DNA of 64,000 bases from a bacterium (GCA_963662285.2 CAXXMV010000008.1:1248001-1312000); one strand, 5' to 3'. Shown: positions 11,050-22,190, counted from the first letter of the stretch. Made by a program: numbers and translations. The notes: a model not told the origin generated them from the sequence alone.

Positions 11050-11502
11050 GTGACTAGTAATGGATTTATAGACATTCTCGTTGTAGAGGATAACGACAGC
11101 GAGCGGGCATCTATCGTGGAATCGTTACAATCATCCATTCCTGACGTCTGTGTTGTTGCCGTTTGTAACGGCAAAGAAGCTCTGGACTTTTTATTCTGCC
11201 GCGGCATCTGGAGTGATCGTGTTGGTGAAGATCCTCCTAAACTGATTTTGATGGATCTAGTGCTGCCAGAGTCGGACGGCTTTTCCGTACTCGGCCAAAT
11301 ACGGTCGATCGAACCAGAAAACGAATTCACTCTCACACCGGTAGTCATTTTCACAGATTCTCAAGAACGCCATGATATCACAAAAAGTTACCGTTGCGGC
11401 GCTAACAGTTACATTATAAAACCTCTGAGTTTTCTCGATTTTCAATCTGTTGTGAAAACTGTTGGTCAATACTGGATGGACTTTAACAAGACACATTCCT
11501 AA
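11050..11502 (+). CDS. Single-domain response regulator (Rcp1-like)
   Basis: ILVVEDN, GKEALDFL, PKLILMDL, GANSYIIKP, GQYW. Confidence 0.9.
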   Translation: MTSNGFIDILVVEDNDSERASIVESLQSSIPDVCVVAVCNGKEALDFLFCRGIWSDRVGEDPPKLILMDLVLPESDGFSVLGQIRSIEPENEFTLTPVVIFTDSQERHDITKSYRCGANSYIIKPLSFLDFQSVVKTVGQYWMDFNKTHS

Positions 11503-11588
11503 ATTCTAGCCAATGATATTTGAAATCAGGTTACTGGAAATATGAACATCCCCACAGGTTATTATTCTTTCGTAAAAGGAGAATTGAC

Positions 11589-11741
11589 ATGAAAGCATTG
11601 AAGAGATCGGTCGTGTTATTACTGGTAGGTGCGTTTTTGGGCGCCTGTGTATGCGGATGCAGTACCATAAAAGGCGCAGGGAAAGACGTGCAAAGTATTG
11701 GCAGGGGTATCGAAAAAGCATCCGATAATGCTACTAATTGA
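11589..11741 (+). CDS. Entericidin EcnA/B-family lipoprotein
   Basis: RBS AAGGAG; hydrophobic leader, lipobox, then CSTIKGAGKDVQSIGRGIEKAS. Confidence 0.85.
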   Translation: MKALKRSVVLLLVGAFLGACVCGCSTIKGAGKDVQSIGRGIEKASDNATN

Positions 11742-11893
11742 TAAGTAAGATGTCCATATTTTTTCTGTTTATACGCTTAAGAAGATTCTTAATAGCGAAC
11801 GGTATAGATATCGCAATCAACATGTGGACGCGTCCCGGCTTCAATCTCATCTCGTACACTATTGTCTAAACCAAAATAAAGGAGAAGTGAAAA

Positions 11894-12043
11894 ATGTTAG
11901 AGACATTAATAATCGTCCTGATTGTATTGTGGTTACTTGGTTTAATTACGTCGTACACGATGGGCGGATTCCTTCACGCACTTTTAATCCTTGCGGTTAT
12001 TGTGATCGTGGTTCGTGTTATACAAGGTCGAAAGGTACTGTAG
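11894..12043 (+). CDS. lmo0937-family (DUF5670) small membrane protein, absent from the ORF track
   Basis: RBS AAGGAG; MLETLIIVLIVLWLLGLITSYTMGGFLHALLILAVIVIVVRVIQGRKVL. Confidence 0.85.
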   Translation: MLETLIIVLIVLWLLGLITSYTMGGFLHALLILAVIVIVVRVIQGRKVL

Positions 12044-12184
12044 CAATCTTGGAACGCTTCCAAGTTTCAGAGCGCTGTACGGATCGGTTCCCACAGTTTG
12101 CGGCGCCGTTTGTTTTCATGCATCACCTAACACTGGAAACGCCGAATTACCTAAGGGATCGGGGAAGCCAAGGGTATCCAGGAA

Positions 12185-12367
12185 ATGAACAACGCTATGG
12201 CCGGTTCGGGCGGAGAGGCCATTGTTAAACTAAGAATTGCTGAAGCGCTTCAGGGAAAGCGCATCATACTGCTGCCGGTGTCCGAGGGTGGGATGAATCT
12301 CAAGACCACCGATATCAACCGGCTGATCGAGACAATAGGCATCAAAGCGCTTTCCGGGAAGGAATGA
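12185..12367 (+). pseudogene. Probable C-terminal remnant of an SPFH/band-7 protein
   Basis: GGEAIVKLRIAEALQGKRIILLP..GGMNLKTTDIN resembles the C-terminus of such proteins; no N-terminal part is visible. Confidence 0.4.
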
Positions 12368-12660
12368 CGATGGTGAAGAAAACAAAGTCAATCAAACAAA
12401 ATAAAAATCCACAAAACAACTTGTTTTCTCAGGTTAGAACTCTATTAAGTCTAAATAACTTTAGAGGCAAAGAAGATGCCTTTTTTAATAAAGTTTTTAA
12501 TACTTGGGATAATCTGTGGAGTTTTTTCAAAAAGGTATTGAAGCGGAATATTAAAAAGTAGCCTATCATAATTTGAATTTTCACAGTTTTCGATTTTGAA
12601 GAACCGGATAAACCAGGCATCGATTCATAGAAACAAATTCTGAAAAGAAAAGAGGCCGAA

Positions 12661-12780
12661 ATGGGTGACAAAGGAAAAAGAGATAAAGGCAAACGCGATG
12701 ATAAGAAAAAAAGCAAGGACACACTGAAGGAAAAGCGGCAGAAAAAAAGAGATAAGATAAAACCGATTTTCCCTGAATGA
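12661..12780 (+). CDS. 39-aa Lys/Arg-rich small protein
   Basis: RBS AGAGG; MGDKGKRDKGKRDDKKKSKDTLKEKRQKKRDKIKPIFPE, directly upstream of the GT4 operon. Confidence 0.6.
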   Translation: MGDKGKRDKGKRDDKKKSKDTLKEKRQKKRDKIKPIFPE

Positions 12781-12801
12781 TGCAATAGGAAAAACAAGAA
12801 A

Positions 12802-15117
12802 GTGGCGGCCATGACATCTGTTATCAAGTATTATGAGGGAATCAGCTCCGTTGCTGTAATTGGCAACTATCTGCCCCGTCAGTGCGGCATTGCAACCTTC
12901 ACTACGGATTTGGTTGAGAGTTTATCGGCGGAAGCCCCCGAAATTCACTGCTGGGCGGTTGCCATGAACGACAAACCCGAAGGATATGCATATCCAGAAA
13001 AAGTGCAATTTGAGATTAACCAGAACAAGTTGGCCGATTATAGCGTCGCAGCACAATTTCTTAATATCAGTCAGACGGATATTGTATGCGTGCAGCATGA
13101 ATACGGTCTTTTCGGAGGGCCGGCTGGAAGCCATCTGTTGAAACTGCTGGGGGATCTGCGCATGCCGGTTGTGACTACGTTGCACACGGTTTTGAAAGAT
13201 CCCTCGCCGGAATATCGCGCCGTTATGTGTAAACTATCCGATCTGTCCGATAAACTGGTAGTGATGAGCCACAAGGCCTATGATTTCCTTAAAGATATCT
13301 ATGAGGTATCCGAGGAGAAAATTGCTTTTATCCATCACGGTATTCCCGATACGCCATTCATCGATCCAAGTTATAACAAAGACAAGTTTGGTGTGGAAGG
13401 AAAAAAAGTACTGCTTACATTCGGCTTGCTGTCTCCAAATAAGGGCATTGAGAATGTCTTGCAGTCGCTTCCGGCAATCATAAAAAAACATCCTGATGTG
13501 GTCTATATTATCCTGGGAGCAACCCATCCGCATATTCTACAGTTGCATGGGGATGAATACCGAATCATGCTGCAGCAACTGGTACGCAAACTCGATCTCA
13601 GCGAACATGTCATCTTTCAAAATCGTTTTGTTGAACTAAAAGAGTTATGCGAGTTTCTCGGCATCGCCGATATCTATGTTACTCCTTATCTTGATGAAGC
13701 CCAGATCACCTCTGGAACCCTGGCCTATGCCATGGGCACGGGAAAAGCCGTCATTTCGACGCCGTACTGGTATGCTACGGAGATGCTGGCAGAAGGCCGG
13801 GGTCGAATTGTGCCCTTCCTCAATCCAGATGCCATAGCGGAACAGATCACTGGACTTTTGGACAACGATATCGAACGGCACGCTATGCGTAAAAAAGCCT
13901 ATACATTCAGCCGTGAATCGGTCTGGAAGGAAGTCTCTCGAAAATATCTACAGGTTTTCAGTGAAGTGCGGCAAAACCGGACTCAACATCCCCGTCCCCG
14001 GCATTCCTATGTAGAAAACATCAAGGCCATCACAAATTTTGAACTCCCGGAGATCAAACTCGACCACCTGAAATCGTTTACCGATGATACTGGCATTCTG
14101 CAACATGCTAACTATACTATTCCCGATCGCACTCATGGCTACTGCACCGATGACAATGCCAGAGCGCTGCTGGTCGCTGCAATGGGACAAAACTATTTGC
14201 CAACGAACGGCTTGGGACTGGATTTTCTTAGCGGTCATTATCTTGGATTTCTTCAGTATGCCTATAACGATGAGAATGGGCGCTTTCGCAATTTTATGAC
14301 TTATTCGCGGCAGTGGATGGAGGAGATCGGATCTGAGGACTCTCATGGCAGAGCGATCTGGTGTCTTGGCAAAGCGGTAGATTTTCTTCAAAATCCCGGG
14401 CATCTCGCAATGAGTACGACTCTATTCAATAAGGCGCTGCGTAATGTTGAGAATTTTCATTCGCCCCGCGCTATTGCTTTTTCCCTGGTGGGTATGCATG
14501 CTTACCTGCATAAATTTTCCGGTGACAGCGATGTACGCAGGATTCGGGAAATTCTTGCTAATAAACTTTTCAATCAGTTTAAAAACAACAGAACTGATGA
14601 TTGGCCCTGGCTTGAGGACACTCTAAACTATGCGAACGGCAAACTGCCTCATGCCCTGCTGTTGTCCGGCCAGTGGATGCAACGCAGTGACATGATTGAT
14701 ATGGGTCTCCAGTCTCTCAAGTGGCTGTTTTCCATCCAGACCGAAGACGGCCATTTTACCCCCATTGGTAACAATGGCTGGTATCAAAAAGACGGTTCCA
14801 AAGCCCGTTTCGATCAACAGCCAATTGAAGCGAATGCCATGATCGAAGCTTGTGTGGAAGCCTTTAATGTCACTCAGGATAAATCATGGTTCGACAGTGC
14901 TGTTCTATGTTTTAATTGGTTTTTGGGACACAACGACCTTAACTTACCGCTTTATGATCCCAAGACGGGCGGTTGCCGGGATGGCTTGATGGCGGACGGC
15001 ATCAACCAGAATGAAGGCGCCGAATCATCTCTTGCCTGGCTGCTTTCGCTAATGACATTGCAAAAGTTTTATGCCGATGAGATTTTAAACCAGCCATCAC
15101 CAAAGACGACTGATTAA
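12802..15117 (+). CDS. GT4 glycosyltransferase fused to a C-terminal glycoside-hydrolase-like helical domain
   Basis: N-terminal PRQCGIATFT, QHEYG, FGLLSPNKGIE, SGTLAYA; C-terminal GYCTDDNARAL, FDQQPIEA, NQNEGAES. Confidence 0.9.
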   Translation: MAAMTSVIKYYEGISSVAVIGNYLPRQCGIATFTTDLVESLSAEAPEIHCWAVAMNDKPEGYAYPEKVQFEINQNKLADYSVAAQFLNISQTDIVCVQHEYGLFGGPAGSHLLKLLGDLRMPVVTTLHTVLKDPSPEYRAVMCKLSDLSDKLVVMSHKAYDFLKDIYEVSEEKIAFIHHGIPDTPFIDPSYNKDKFGVEGKKVLLTFGLLSPNKGIENVLQSLPAIIKKHPDVVYIILGATHPHILQLHGDEYRIMLQQLVRKLDLSEHVIFQNRFVELKELCEFLGIADIYVTPYLDEAQITSGTLAYAMGTGKAVISTPYWYATEMLAEGRGRIVPFLNPDAIAEQITGLLDNDIERHAMRKKAYTFSRESVWKEVSRKYLQVFSEVRQNRTQHPRPRHSYVENIKAITNFELPEIKLDHLKSFTDDTGILQHANYTIPDRTHGYCTDDNARALLVAAMGQNYLPTNGLGLDFLSGHYLGFLQYAYNDENGRFRNFMTYSRQWMEEIGSEDSHGRAIWCLGKAVDFLQNPGHLAMSTTLFNKALRNVENFHSPRAIAFSLVGMHAYLHKFSGDSDVRRIREILANKLFNQFKNNRTDDWPWLEDTLNYANGKLPHALLLSGQWMQRSDMIDMGLQSLKWLFSIQTEDGHFTPIGNNGWYQKDGSKARFDQQPIEANAMIEACVEAFNVTQDKSWFDSAVLCFNWFLGHNDLNLPLYDPKTGGCRDGLMADGINQNEGAESSLAWLLSLMTLQKFYADEILNQPSPKTTD

Positions 15118-15131
15118 CAAAAGGATCTACC

Positions 15132-16172
15132 ATGCGTATTGCTATGCTCTCGCCCATTGCCTGGCGCACGCCGCCCCGGCATTATGGGCCATGGGAAAAC
15201 GTGGCCTCCCTTATTACGGAGGGGCTTGTATCATTCGGTCATGATGTAACCTTGTTTGCAACTGCGGATTCTAAGACCAGCGGTAAACTACATGCGGTTT
15301 GCCCGCATGGCTATGAAGAAGACCGTTCTTTGATACCCAAAGTCGGGGAATGTCTTCACATTTCAGAACTTTTTGAACATGCCGATGTGTATGACATCAT
15401 CCACAACCATTTTGATTTCCTGCCTCTGACTTATACTGGTCTTACTACCACCCCGGTAGTGACCACTATTCATGGCTTTTCATCTCCCGGGATTTTGCCG
15501 GTTTACAAAAAATACAACGGAAAAGTGTTCTATGTTTCCATCAGCGATGCCGACCGATCACCGGATCTTGATTATATAAAAACTATCCATCACGGCATTG
15601 ATATCAAGCAATTTGATTTCCAGTCTCAACCGGATGATACCCTTCTTTTTTTCGGGCGCATTCACAATGACAAAGGCGCCCGTCAATCTGTTGAAATTGC
15701 CAGGGCAAGCAATAAAAATCTGATATTGGCGGGTATTATCCAAGACCAAGCTTATTATGACCAATATATCGCACCTTACATTGACAATGACAAAGTGATT
15801 TATGTCGGCAGCGTCGAACCAGTTGAACGCAACCGGCTACTCGGTAAAGCCTGCGCGCTATTGCACCCTATCCAGTTTGATGAACCGTTCGGTCTATCAA
15901 TTATCGAATCCATGGCCTGTGGAACGCCTACGATCGCAATGAATAGGGGAAGTATGCCCGAATTGATCGAAAATGGTAAAAATGGTTTTTTAGTAAACAA
16001 CGTGAACGAGGCCATTGAGGCCGTTGCGCGTATTAACGAGATCGACCGCGCTTACTGCCGCCGCTATTTTGAACGGCATTTCACGGTCGACCGCATGGTA
16101 GATAAGTACATACAAGTCTACGAAATGATTCTTGATTCATCACAGGTGAAAATTACTCAAGGAAATCGATAG
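15132..16172 (+). CDS. GT4 glycosyltransferase
   Basis: RTPPRHYGPWE, FFGRIHNDKG, EPFGLSIIESMACGTP. Confidence 0.92.
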   Translation: MRIAMLSPIAWRTPPRHYGPWENVASLITEGLVSFGHDVTLFATADSKTSGKLHAVCPHGYEEDRSLIPKVGECLHISELFEHADVYDIIHNHFDFLPLTYTGLTTTPVVTTIHGFSSPGILPVYKKYNGKVFYVSISDADRSPDLDYIKTIHHGIDIKQFDFQSQPDDTLLFFGRIHNDKGARQSVEIARASNKNLILAGIIQDQAYYDQYIAPYIDNDKVIYVGSVEPVERNRLLGKACALLHPIQFDEPFGLSIIESMACGTPTIAMNRGSMPELIENGKNGFLVNNVNEAIEAVARINEIDRAYCRRYFERHFTVDRMVDKYIQVYEMILDSSQVKITQGNR

Positions 16173-16219
16173 CCAGACAGATGCTGAATCTATAAAAATA
16201 CTTTATAGGACAAACCCGT

Positions 16220-17161
16220 ATGAAAAATCACTATCCAATAATAACACGCTATAAAAACAACCCCATACTAACAAGGAAGGACGTACCATATCCAGTAGCG
16301 ACTGTTCACAATGCAGGCATCGTCAAACACAACAACCGCTACATTATGCTTTTCAGGTCTCATCTGCTAAATGGCCGCTCTATCATTGGCCGCGCCGACA
16401 GTGAAGATGGTTTTTCATTTACGGTTCATCCCAAACCCTTTCTCGTACCTGATACGGATAATATTTTTGCTGAATATGAAGCGTTCGGAGTGGAGGACTT
16501 GAGGATTTCCCCGGTAGAAGAAGAGTATCTACTGACCTATAGCGCCTATTCCCGTCATGGCGTGCGGATTGCCTTGGCGCGAACCAAGGATTTTGAAAAG
16601 GTGGAACGCGTAGCCCTAATTACCCAGGCCGACCTTCGCAATGTAGTCCTTTTTCCTGAGAAATTTGGTGATCGGTATGTACGATTAGACCGGCCGCATT
16701 CCGAAATTTCACCCTGGTCGATCTGGATTTCCTATTCTCCCGACCTCGTGTACTGGGGAGATTCCCAGGTGATTATGAAACCGGTGGCCTATCACTGGGA
16801 TGAAATGAAAATCGGCCCAGGCGCAGCGCCATTTAAGACCAGTAAAGGCTGGCTTCATATTTATCATGGCGTATTTAAGACTATGTCAGGAACGGTCTAT
16901 CGCCTCGGCGCGGCCCTGCATGACCTCAAAGATCCGGCGAACATTATTGGTGTTTCCGATCAGTGGATATTGCAGCCTGAAGATCCTTGGGAGATAAGTG
17001 GCTATGTGCCCAATGTTGTTTTTACATGCGGCGCTGTTCCTGAAGATGATGGTACGGTAAAAATATACTGGGGCGGTGCGGATACAGTCATGTGCGCCGG
17101 TACGGCCATTATTGATGAATTGCTTGAACTCTGCCTTAAAGATTCAAGGTCGCCATTGTAG
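16220..17161 (+). CDS. GH130 mannoside phosphorylase/hydrolase
   Basis: NPIL, HNAG, GVEDLRI, KIGPGA, GYVPNVVFTCG, YWGGADT. Confidence 0.9.
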   Translation: MKNHYPIITRYKNNPILTRKDVPYPVATVHNAGIVKHNNRYIMLFRSHLLNGRSIIGRADSEDGFSFTVHPKPFLVPDTDNIFAEYEAFGVEDLRISPVEEEYLLTYSAYSRHGVRIALARTKDFEKVERVALITQADLRNVVLFPEKFGDRYVRLDRPHSEISPWSIWISYSPDLVYWGDSQVIMKPVAYHWDEMKIGPGAAPFKTSKGWLHIYHGVFKTMSGTVYRLGAALHDLKDPANIIGVSDQWILQPEDPWEISGYVPNVVFTCGAVPEDDGTVKIYWGGADTVMCAGTAIIDELLELCLKDSRSPL

Positions 17162-17291
17162 ATGATTAACGTCAAAGGAATACAGACTGGAATAGCAATA
17201 TCAAAATAGGCTGAATTTGAGATTCTATCGTGATTAAAAGATCAGCGGTTCAGTATATTAAATAGTAATCGATACGAAGGACTCAATTTAA

Positions 17292-18782
17292 ATGCACTCT
17301 AAAAAACACCACAAACTGAATGTTAAAAGAAAAGCAAATAAGATCGTCGGGGATACATCACGGGTAATCACCCGCCTTCATCTTCCCGATAAAAAATATC
17401 GTATTACTAAAATTATTCAACGGATAATGAGTTTACCCGATCAGGAAGCAGAACATGTAATTGCGCAAATAATGGTTGATTTTTCTGGACGGCACAAAGA
17501 CATTGAACATATTTTTGCGCGACACTTGAATGAGGTAAAGGATTATCTTCCGCAGGATACAATGCCCAGTGATGTCCAAAAAGCCCTCATTGGAGCATAT
17601 TTCACAAAGGAGTACTCCATTGAATCGGCAGCCCTATTCAATCCGTCCATCGTTCCCCATCCCGATCAACGCCATTTAAATGAAGGCAGTTTACGTTTTG
17701 TCATGAGCCTGCGCGCAACCGGCGAAGGCCATATTTCTTCTATTGTCTTTCGTAGCGGCGTCCTTGATCAGCACAATACTTTCCTTTTCGACTCAATCAG
17801 TAATTTTGTGGAAACGCCGGATGTTCATTCAGATCCTGCTTATAAACGCCATATTTTTCAGTTAAAACTTAACGAGATGGAGGTCGGCAATGAGATAACC
17901 GCCCATATTCTTGACCAGATGGCGGAAGATTTTACATATAAAGAATTAATTGAAAAAATAGAAATACTACGCGCACAACCGCAATTTCCTGAAACAATCC
18001 AAAACAGTACGTTCGAAATCTTATACTGGCTGGCGGATTCCAATTATGAGGTGAATTTTCAACCTGATCATCGCATATCCGAGCGGGTAATTTTTCCCGT
18101 TTCGAAAAACGAAAGCCGAGGCATTGAAGATGCCCGTTTCGTGCAATTTTTTAATGACGACGGGGAGTTCACCTATTATGCCACCTATACAGCATATAAC
18201 GGTATAACGATTTTACCCCAATTGATTGAAACAAAAGATTTTATCAAATTCAATATTTTAACGCTTAACGGTAAGGCCGTTCAAAACAAAGGCATGGCGC
18301 TTTTCCCCCGAAAAATTGGTGGCCGATATGCCATGCTCTCGCGTCAGGATGGTGAAAACAATCATATCATGTTCTCCGACAATATCCATTTTTGGCAGCA
18401 ATCTCAAATCATTCAGGAACCTGAATATCCTTGGGAATTCATCCAGATCGGCAACTGCGGTTCCCCCCTGGAGACCGATCAAGGCTGGATTGTGCTCACT
18501 CACGGTGTCGGACCCATGCGCCAATATTGCATAGGCGCCATGCTGCTCGATCTTGAAAAGCCTTCTAAAGTTATTGCCCGGCTGGATGAACCATTACTTA
18601 TCCCGCATGAGGAAGAGCGTGAGGGTTATGTTCCTAATGTAGTATATTCCTGCGGCGCGATCATTCATAATAACGAGTTAGTCATTCCCTATGCCATGTC
18701 CGATATCAATTCAGGTATTGCAACCGTCCAGGTAAGAGAATTGATTGACTGCATGTATGCACGCAGTAACTTGACGATATAA
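17292..18782 (+). CDS. GH130 family protein, long form
   Basis: ESAALFNPSIV, SLRATGEGHISS, GIEDARFV, NKGMALFP, GNCGSP, GYVPNVVYSCG. Confidence 0.9.
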   Translation: MHSKKHHKLNVKRKANKIVGDTSRVITRLHLPDKKYRITKIIQRIMSLPDQEAEHVIAQIMVDFSGRHKDIEHIFARHLNEVKDYLPQDTMPSDVQKALIGAYFTKEYSIESAALFNPSIVPHPDQRHLNEGSLRFVMSLRATGEGHISSIVFRSGVLDQHNTFLFDSISNFVETPDVHSDPAYKRHIFQLKLNEMEVGNEITAHILDQMAEDFTYKELIEKIEILRAQPQFPETIQNSTFEILYWLADSNYEVNFQPDHRISERVIFPVSKNESRGIEDARFVQFFNDDGEFTYYATYTAYNGITILPQLIETKDFIKFNILTLNGKAVQNKGMALFPRKIGGRYAMLSRQDGENNHIMFSDNIHFWQQSQIIQEPEYPWEFIQIGNCGSPLETDQGWIVLTHGVGPMRQYCIGAMLLDLEKPSKVIARLDEPLLIPHEEEREGYVPNVVYSCGAIIHNNELVIPYAMSDINSGIATVQVRELIDCMYARSNLTI

Positions 18783-19337
18783 GATTGCCGCTTATAAGCC
18801 CCATTGATCAACATAAAACTGATGTGATTAATCAATGGACGCTATAACTAAACATGTTGAATCCCAAAACTCTTATAAATGAAAAGTAAATGTTCTTCCA
18901 GACTTCCGCATCTATTGAAGATCACAATTATCATATTCCCCCAATTCAAGATCGGATGCCATCGGAATTAAGGCAGAAAGAAATACGCCAAGCCTTGGAA
19001 GAGGTGTTGAACCGAAAGAGCGCTAGTATACTGTTGTAAACCTGTTTTTGATCTCTTTTATTATGTATGAACAATTAGTTGTTGTGAAATTGATGTATTC
19101 CGAAATGTTGGGAGTTGTAGATCGTTCAAAATTATAGAGTTAAAGATCTAAGTATACGTTTGCAAAACACATATACCTATTATGTGTTTGCATAGGCAGT
19201 TTCAATTCCCAAGTGCAACCAAAGTTGAATCCTCATTAACATTTTGGTTTGGTTTTTATAATATCCACAATAATTCCCTTTCGACCTTCAGGGCGTAAGT
19301 TCTTAACCACTTACCTTTATTAAGGACTTGCTTAACC

Positions 19338-19440
19338 TCATCGCTCGATCGCTTGCTTGAAGTCGGCAATCAGGTCCTCGGGTTCTTCCAGGCTGATGGA
19401 TACACGCGTGTAGCGTGCGAGGATGCTGCGGTCCGTCTCC
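19338..19440 (-). pseudogene. C-terminal remnant of a PLP-dependent Cys/Met trans-sulfuration enzyme
   Basis: RVSISLEEPEDLIADFKQAIER* matches the R.S.GLE..EDLI.D..QA tail of the MetB/MetC family. Confidence 0.5.
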
Positions 19441-19468
19441 TCTTTTCGCGCTTGACAGCCAAACGGTA

Positions 19469-21052
19469 TCATCGGTCCTCGACAACTGCATCAGAGGGCA
19501 TGGCAGGCGCTTTGCTGGCCCTGGCGTGGAGCAGCATCGCCAGCACTGCGATGACGCTAAAAGCCCACGAAAACCGAGCCGATAGCATCACCGGCGCGCC
19601 GACGAGAACGAGCAGATAACTCAACTCAAGTGAGGCGGGCACGTACCGAGGCCACGTCGGCCAAGAACACGCGGTCTCGTCTCGCGAGACTGAGGGCTCG
19701 GTCCTACCTGCTTCGGACTTAGTTCTGCACCCTATGAGCATGGCTACCAGGAGAAGCACTGCTCCTGCTATCAGTGAGGAGAATCCTGGTCTGTTGCCGA
19801 GCAAGAAGAACTCAAAGACTGGACCTATGGCGGCGTAGAGCAGACCGAATGTGACAACCCGATCCATTCCCATCCCCGGCTTCGGCGTCGGCCACCGGCG
19901 CGACGGGAGCCAGACTGCAATGGAGTAGACGATGAGCAGCAAAAAATAACAAGGAAGTGACGCCCTGGCCACAGCCGCCTTTTCCCTGATCCGCGAACTG
20001 TAGACCTCAAAGAACTCGACCACCTCCGGCATATAGGACTGAAAATCGGGGTAACGGCCGCGCTGGTTTTCGTACTGCTCCAACGTCTCTAGCAGTTCCG
20101 GCATCCAGAAGGCGCCTCTCTTCAACCCCTTGGCGAGGGCGCGACGCCCGGCCAAGAATCCCTGGCGCTCATGCAGGTAGCGGATGACAGCCGCCTGCAC
20201 CAGCAACTCCCTCACGATGGCGGAGTGGTGTAACTGCCCGTAGGCTTTGGCGAAGTACCCCACCAGGAAGGGCTTCATCCGATTGACGGGCTCCTCGAAC
20301 TGATCGAGGTACAGATCTGATGCCGGGTTCACGTAGGAGTGTGAAAGCTCATGGACGATCCCAGAGGCAAATCGCAGTCCGCGTACCCCCTGGTGAAACA
20401 CCGGTTTGCCTTGGCCGTGCAGCCCGCCAAGAGGCGAGATGAACACGCGGAACTCCCGACCGGCCTGGGAGCCAAAGTAACTGTCAAACCAGTCGACTTG
20501 GACCCCAGCCTTGAGCGCGCGCTCGGCGCGGGCGACTGTCTCAGCATAGAAGGGGCCTTGCTTCTCGACAAAACCGGCGAAGTCGCTTTGCGTGGCGAAA
20601 TCGCGGGTTTGGGCGAGGAACTCGTCAATAAGCTCCGGAGTCCAGCGCTAGTGCAGCGTCTCGGGCCAGGGATCGAGCGGCAATCGCAGTCGCAGGTTGG
20701 CGACGTCATCCATGTGCACCGCGAGGCTCAACTGGATCCCGTAGTCTACGTTTCGACCCTCCTTGAGACGGATCGCGAGCCCGACGACCGGATGCTCCCG
20801 GAAGCGCCCGAAGTGATTTTGCACCTCCGTCTCGTAGTGCGAGGCCGCGTGGTCCCCACCATAGTCCAGGTATCCCGCGAGCCGGTAGATGATCGCGAAC
20901 AGCTCGACCCGCGGGTCAATGCTCACCTGCAGGGAAGTGGACGAGGATGCCGATTCGCCGATGGCCACGACCATCGCCACGAATAGGATCAGGCTCAGGG
21001 AGGTACGCCGGCGCTCTGGCCACGCTGCGCCACAACTGGTGATTGACTTCAT
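19469..21052 (-). pseudogene. DUF4932-like HExxH protein with C-terminal TM helices, interrupted by an in-frame TAG
   Basis: IDPRVELFAII and HELSHSYVNP motifs. ORFs 20648-21094 and 19469-20446 share a frame and are separated by a single TAG at 20648-20650. Much higher GC than the flanks. Confidence 0.75.
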
Positions 21053-21155
21053 GTTGCCCTCTCTTGGAACAGTCTTTTCCTTTTGATCTAACAAAAATGC
21101 GAACGGTTCGGAATCGCAAAAAACATGTTCTATTGATACGCAAAATCTTGTTCAT

Positions 21156-22099
21156 TTAATTATGGATTTGATGATTCTGGATTGCAGATTCATTATTCCT
21201 AATCTGATTTTCAATAGCGTCCGCCATGAGTTTGGCTAGTTTTTCAAATTCCTCTTTTGCTTTATCCGCATTGAAACTGGCGGGGTCGCCAAAATAACCT
21301 AACGGAGTCACTCGACGCGCGTCAGTTACCCAGGCAAGGACATCGTTCATCGTTAGTTTAGTGGGGGTCAGCGTTCGCGCCATTTCTACATCGACGAGTT
21401 GAGGAAAAATGCCGCCATTGCGCCAGTTTCAAATTCTTCCGCATGCAAACTTAAATATTCGCTGGGCGAATCGTCTGAGGGTGGTTCTTTGTGTGCAACG
21501 ATAAAATCCTCTTCGCCAGTCAATTGAAATCGCCCAAGATCGTACTCAGGCAACAGGCAATATGCGTTTACGTTTTGGCGTCGGCAGGCGTCGACAATCG
21601 CTTGTAGAATCGTTATTCGATGCGTTCCATCGTTGTGCCAATTGATGTTATAGATTTCTGTGAATCCCCAACTCTTTAGAGAATTAATTGTATCGTAGAT
21701 CAACGCTTTCATGGTTGTTTCACGTACAGTAAATGTCCCGGGGAAGACATGGGTCGTTTTGTTGATTACCCAATAGAACGGCGGGGCAATGAGCGTTTTT
21801 ATTCCGCGCGAGTCCAACTCCCGCTTGACTAACACACAGTTGATATAGCCGAGGTAAGTGTCTACGCCATTAGCCATGTGAGGGCCGTGTTCTTCGATAA
21901 CTGCGGTTGGGAATAAGATAATCGCATCCTCTTGCGCCGCTTGTTCGACCTCTTGCCAAGTCATGTCAACCATGGTTTCGTGGAAAATCGAATGACCGCT
22001 TATCTCGGTACTGGTATTATTGCTCGCCTTAGATACCGGAACGATTGACAATAGCACTATTGCTAAAAGGGAACATTTCTTGAATTGAAACGGTTTCAT
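21156..22099 (-). pseudogene. Creatininase-family protein, frameshifted
   Basis: IEEHGPH..GVDT, NWH, HAEEFET; a one-base shift in the T-run near 21405 joins it to PQLVDVEMARTL..GYFGDPA. Confidence 0.75.
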
Positions 22100-22190
22100 T
22101 TCTTTTGTCCTTCCAGTTGTATGATGTGTTGATTTTGTTTAATCCTATATTTCTAATATGAAACATAGTTTTTCCATCACAGTATTAAAA

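Noticed and set aside
12364-12561. 65-aa ORF
   Set aside because: AT-rich with no recognisable motif; cannot be supported.
19161-19192. dif-like palindrome TGCAAAACACATA-TACCTAT-TATGTGTTTGCA
   Set aside because: Spacer length and arms do not fit the XerC/XerD consensus; only an isolated inverted repeat.
20648-20650. Pyrrolysine or stop-codon reassignment
   Set aside because: TAG terminates several clearly bounded genes in this window; a single nonsense mutation is simpler.
20351-20986. 211-aa + strand ORF
   Set aside because: Antisense shadow of the GC-rich DUF4932-like gene.
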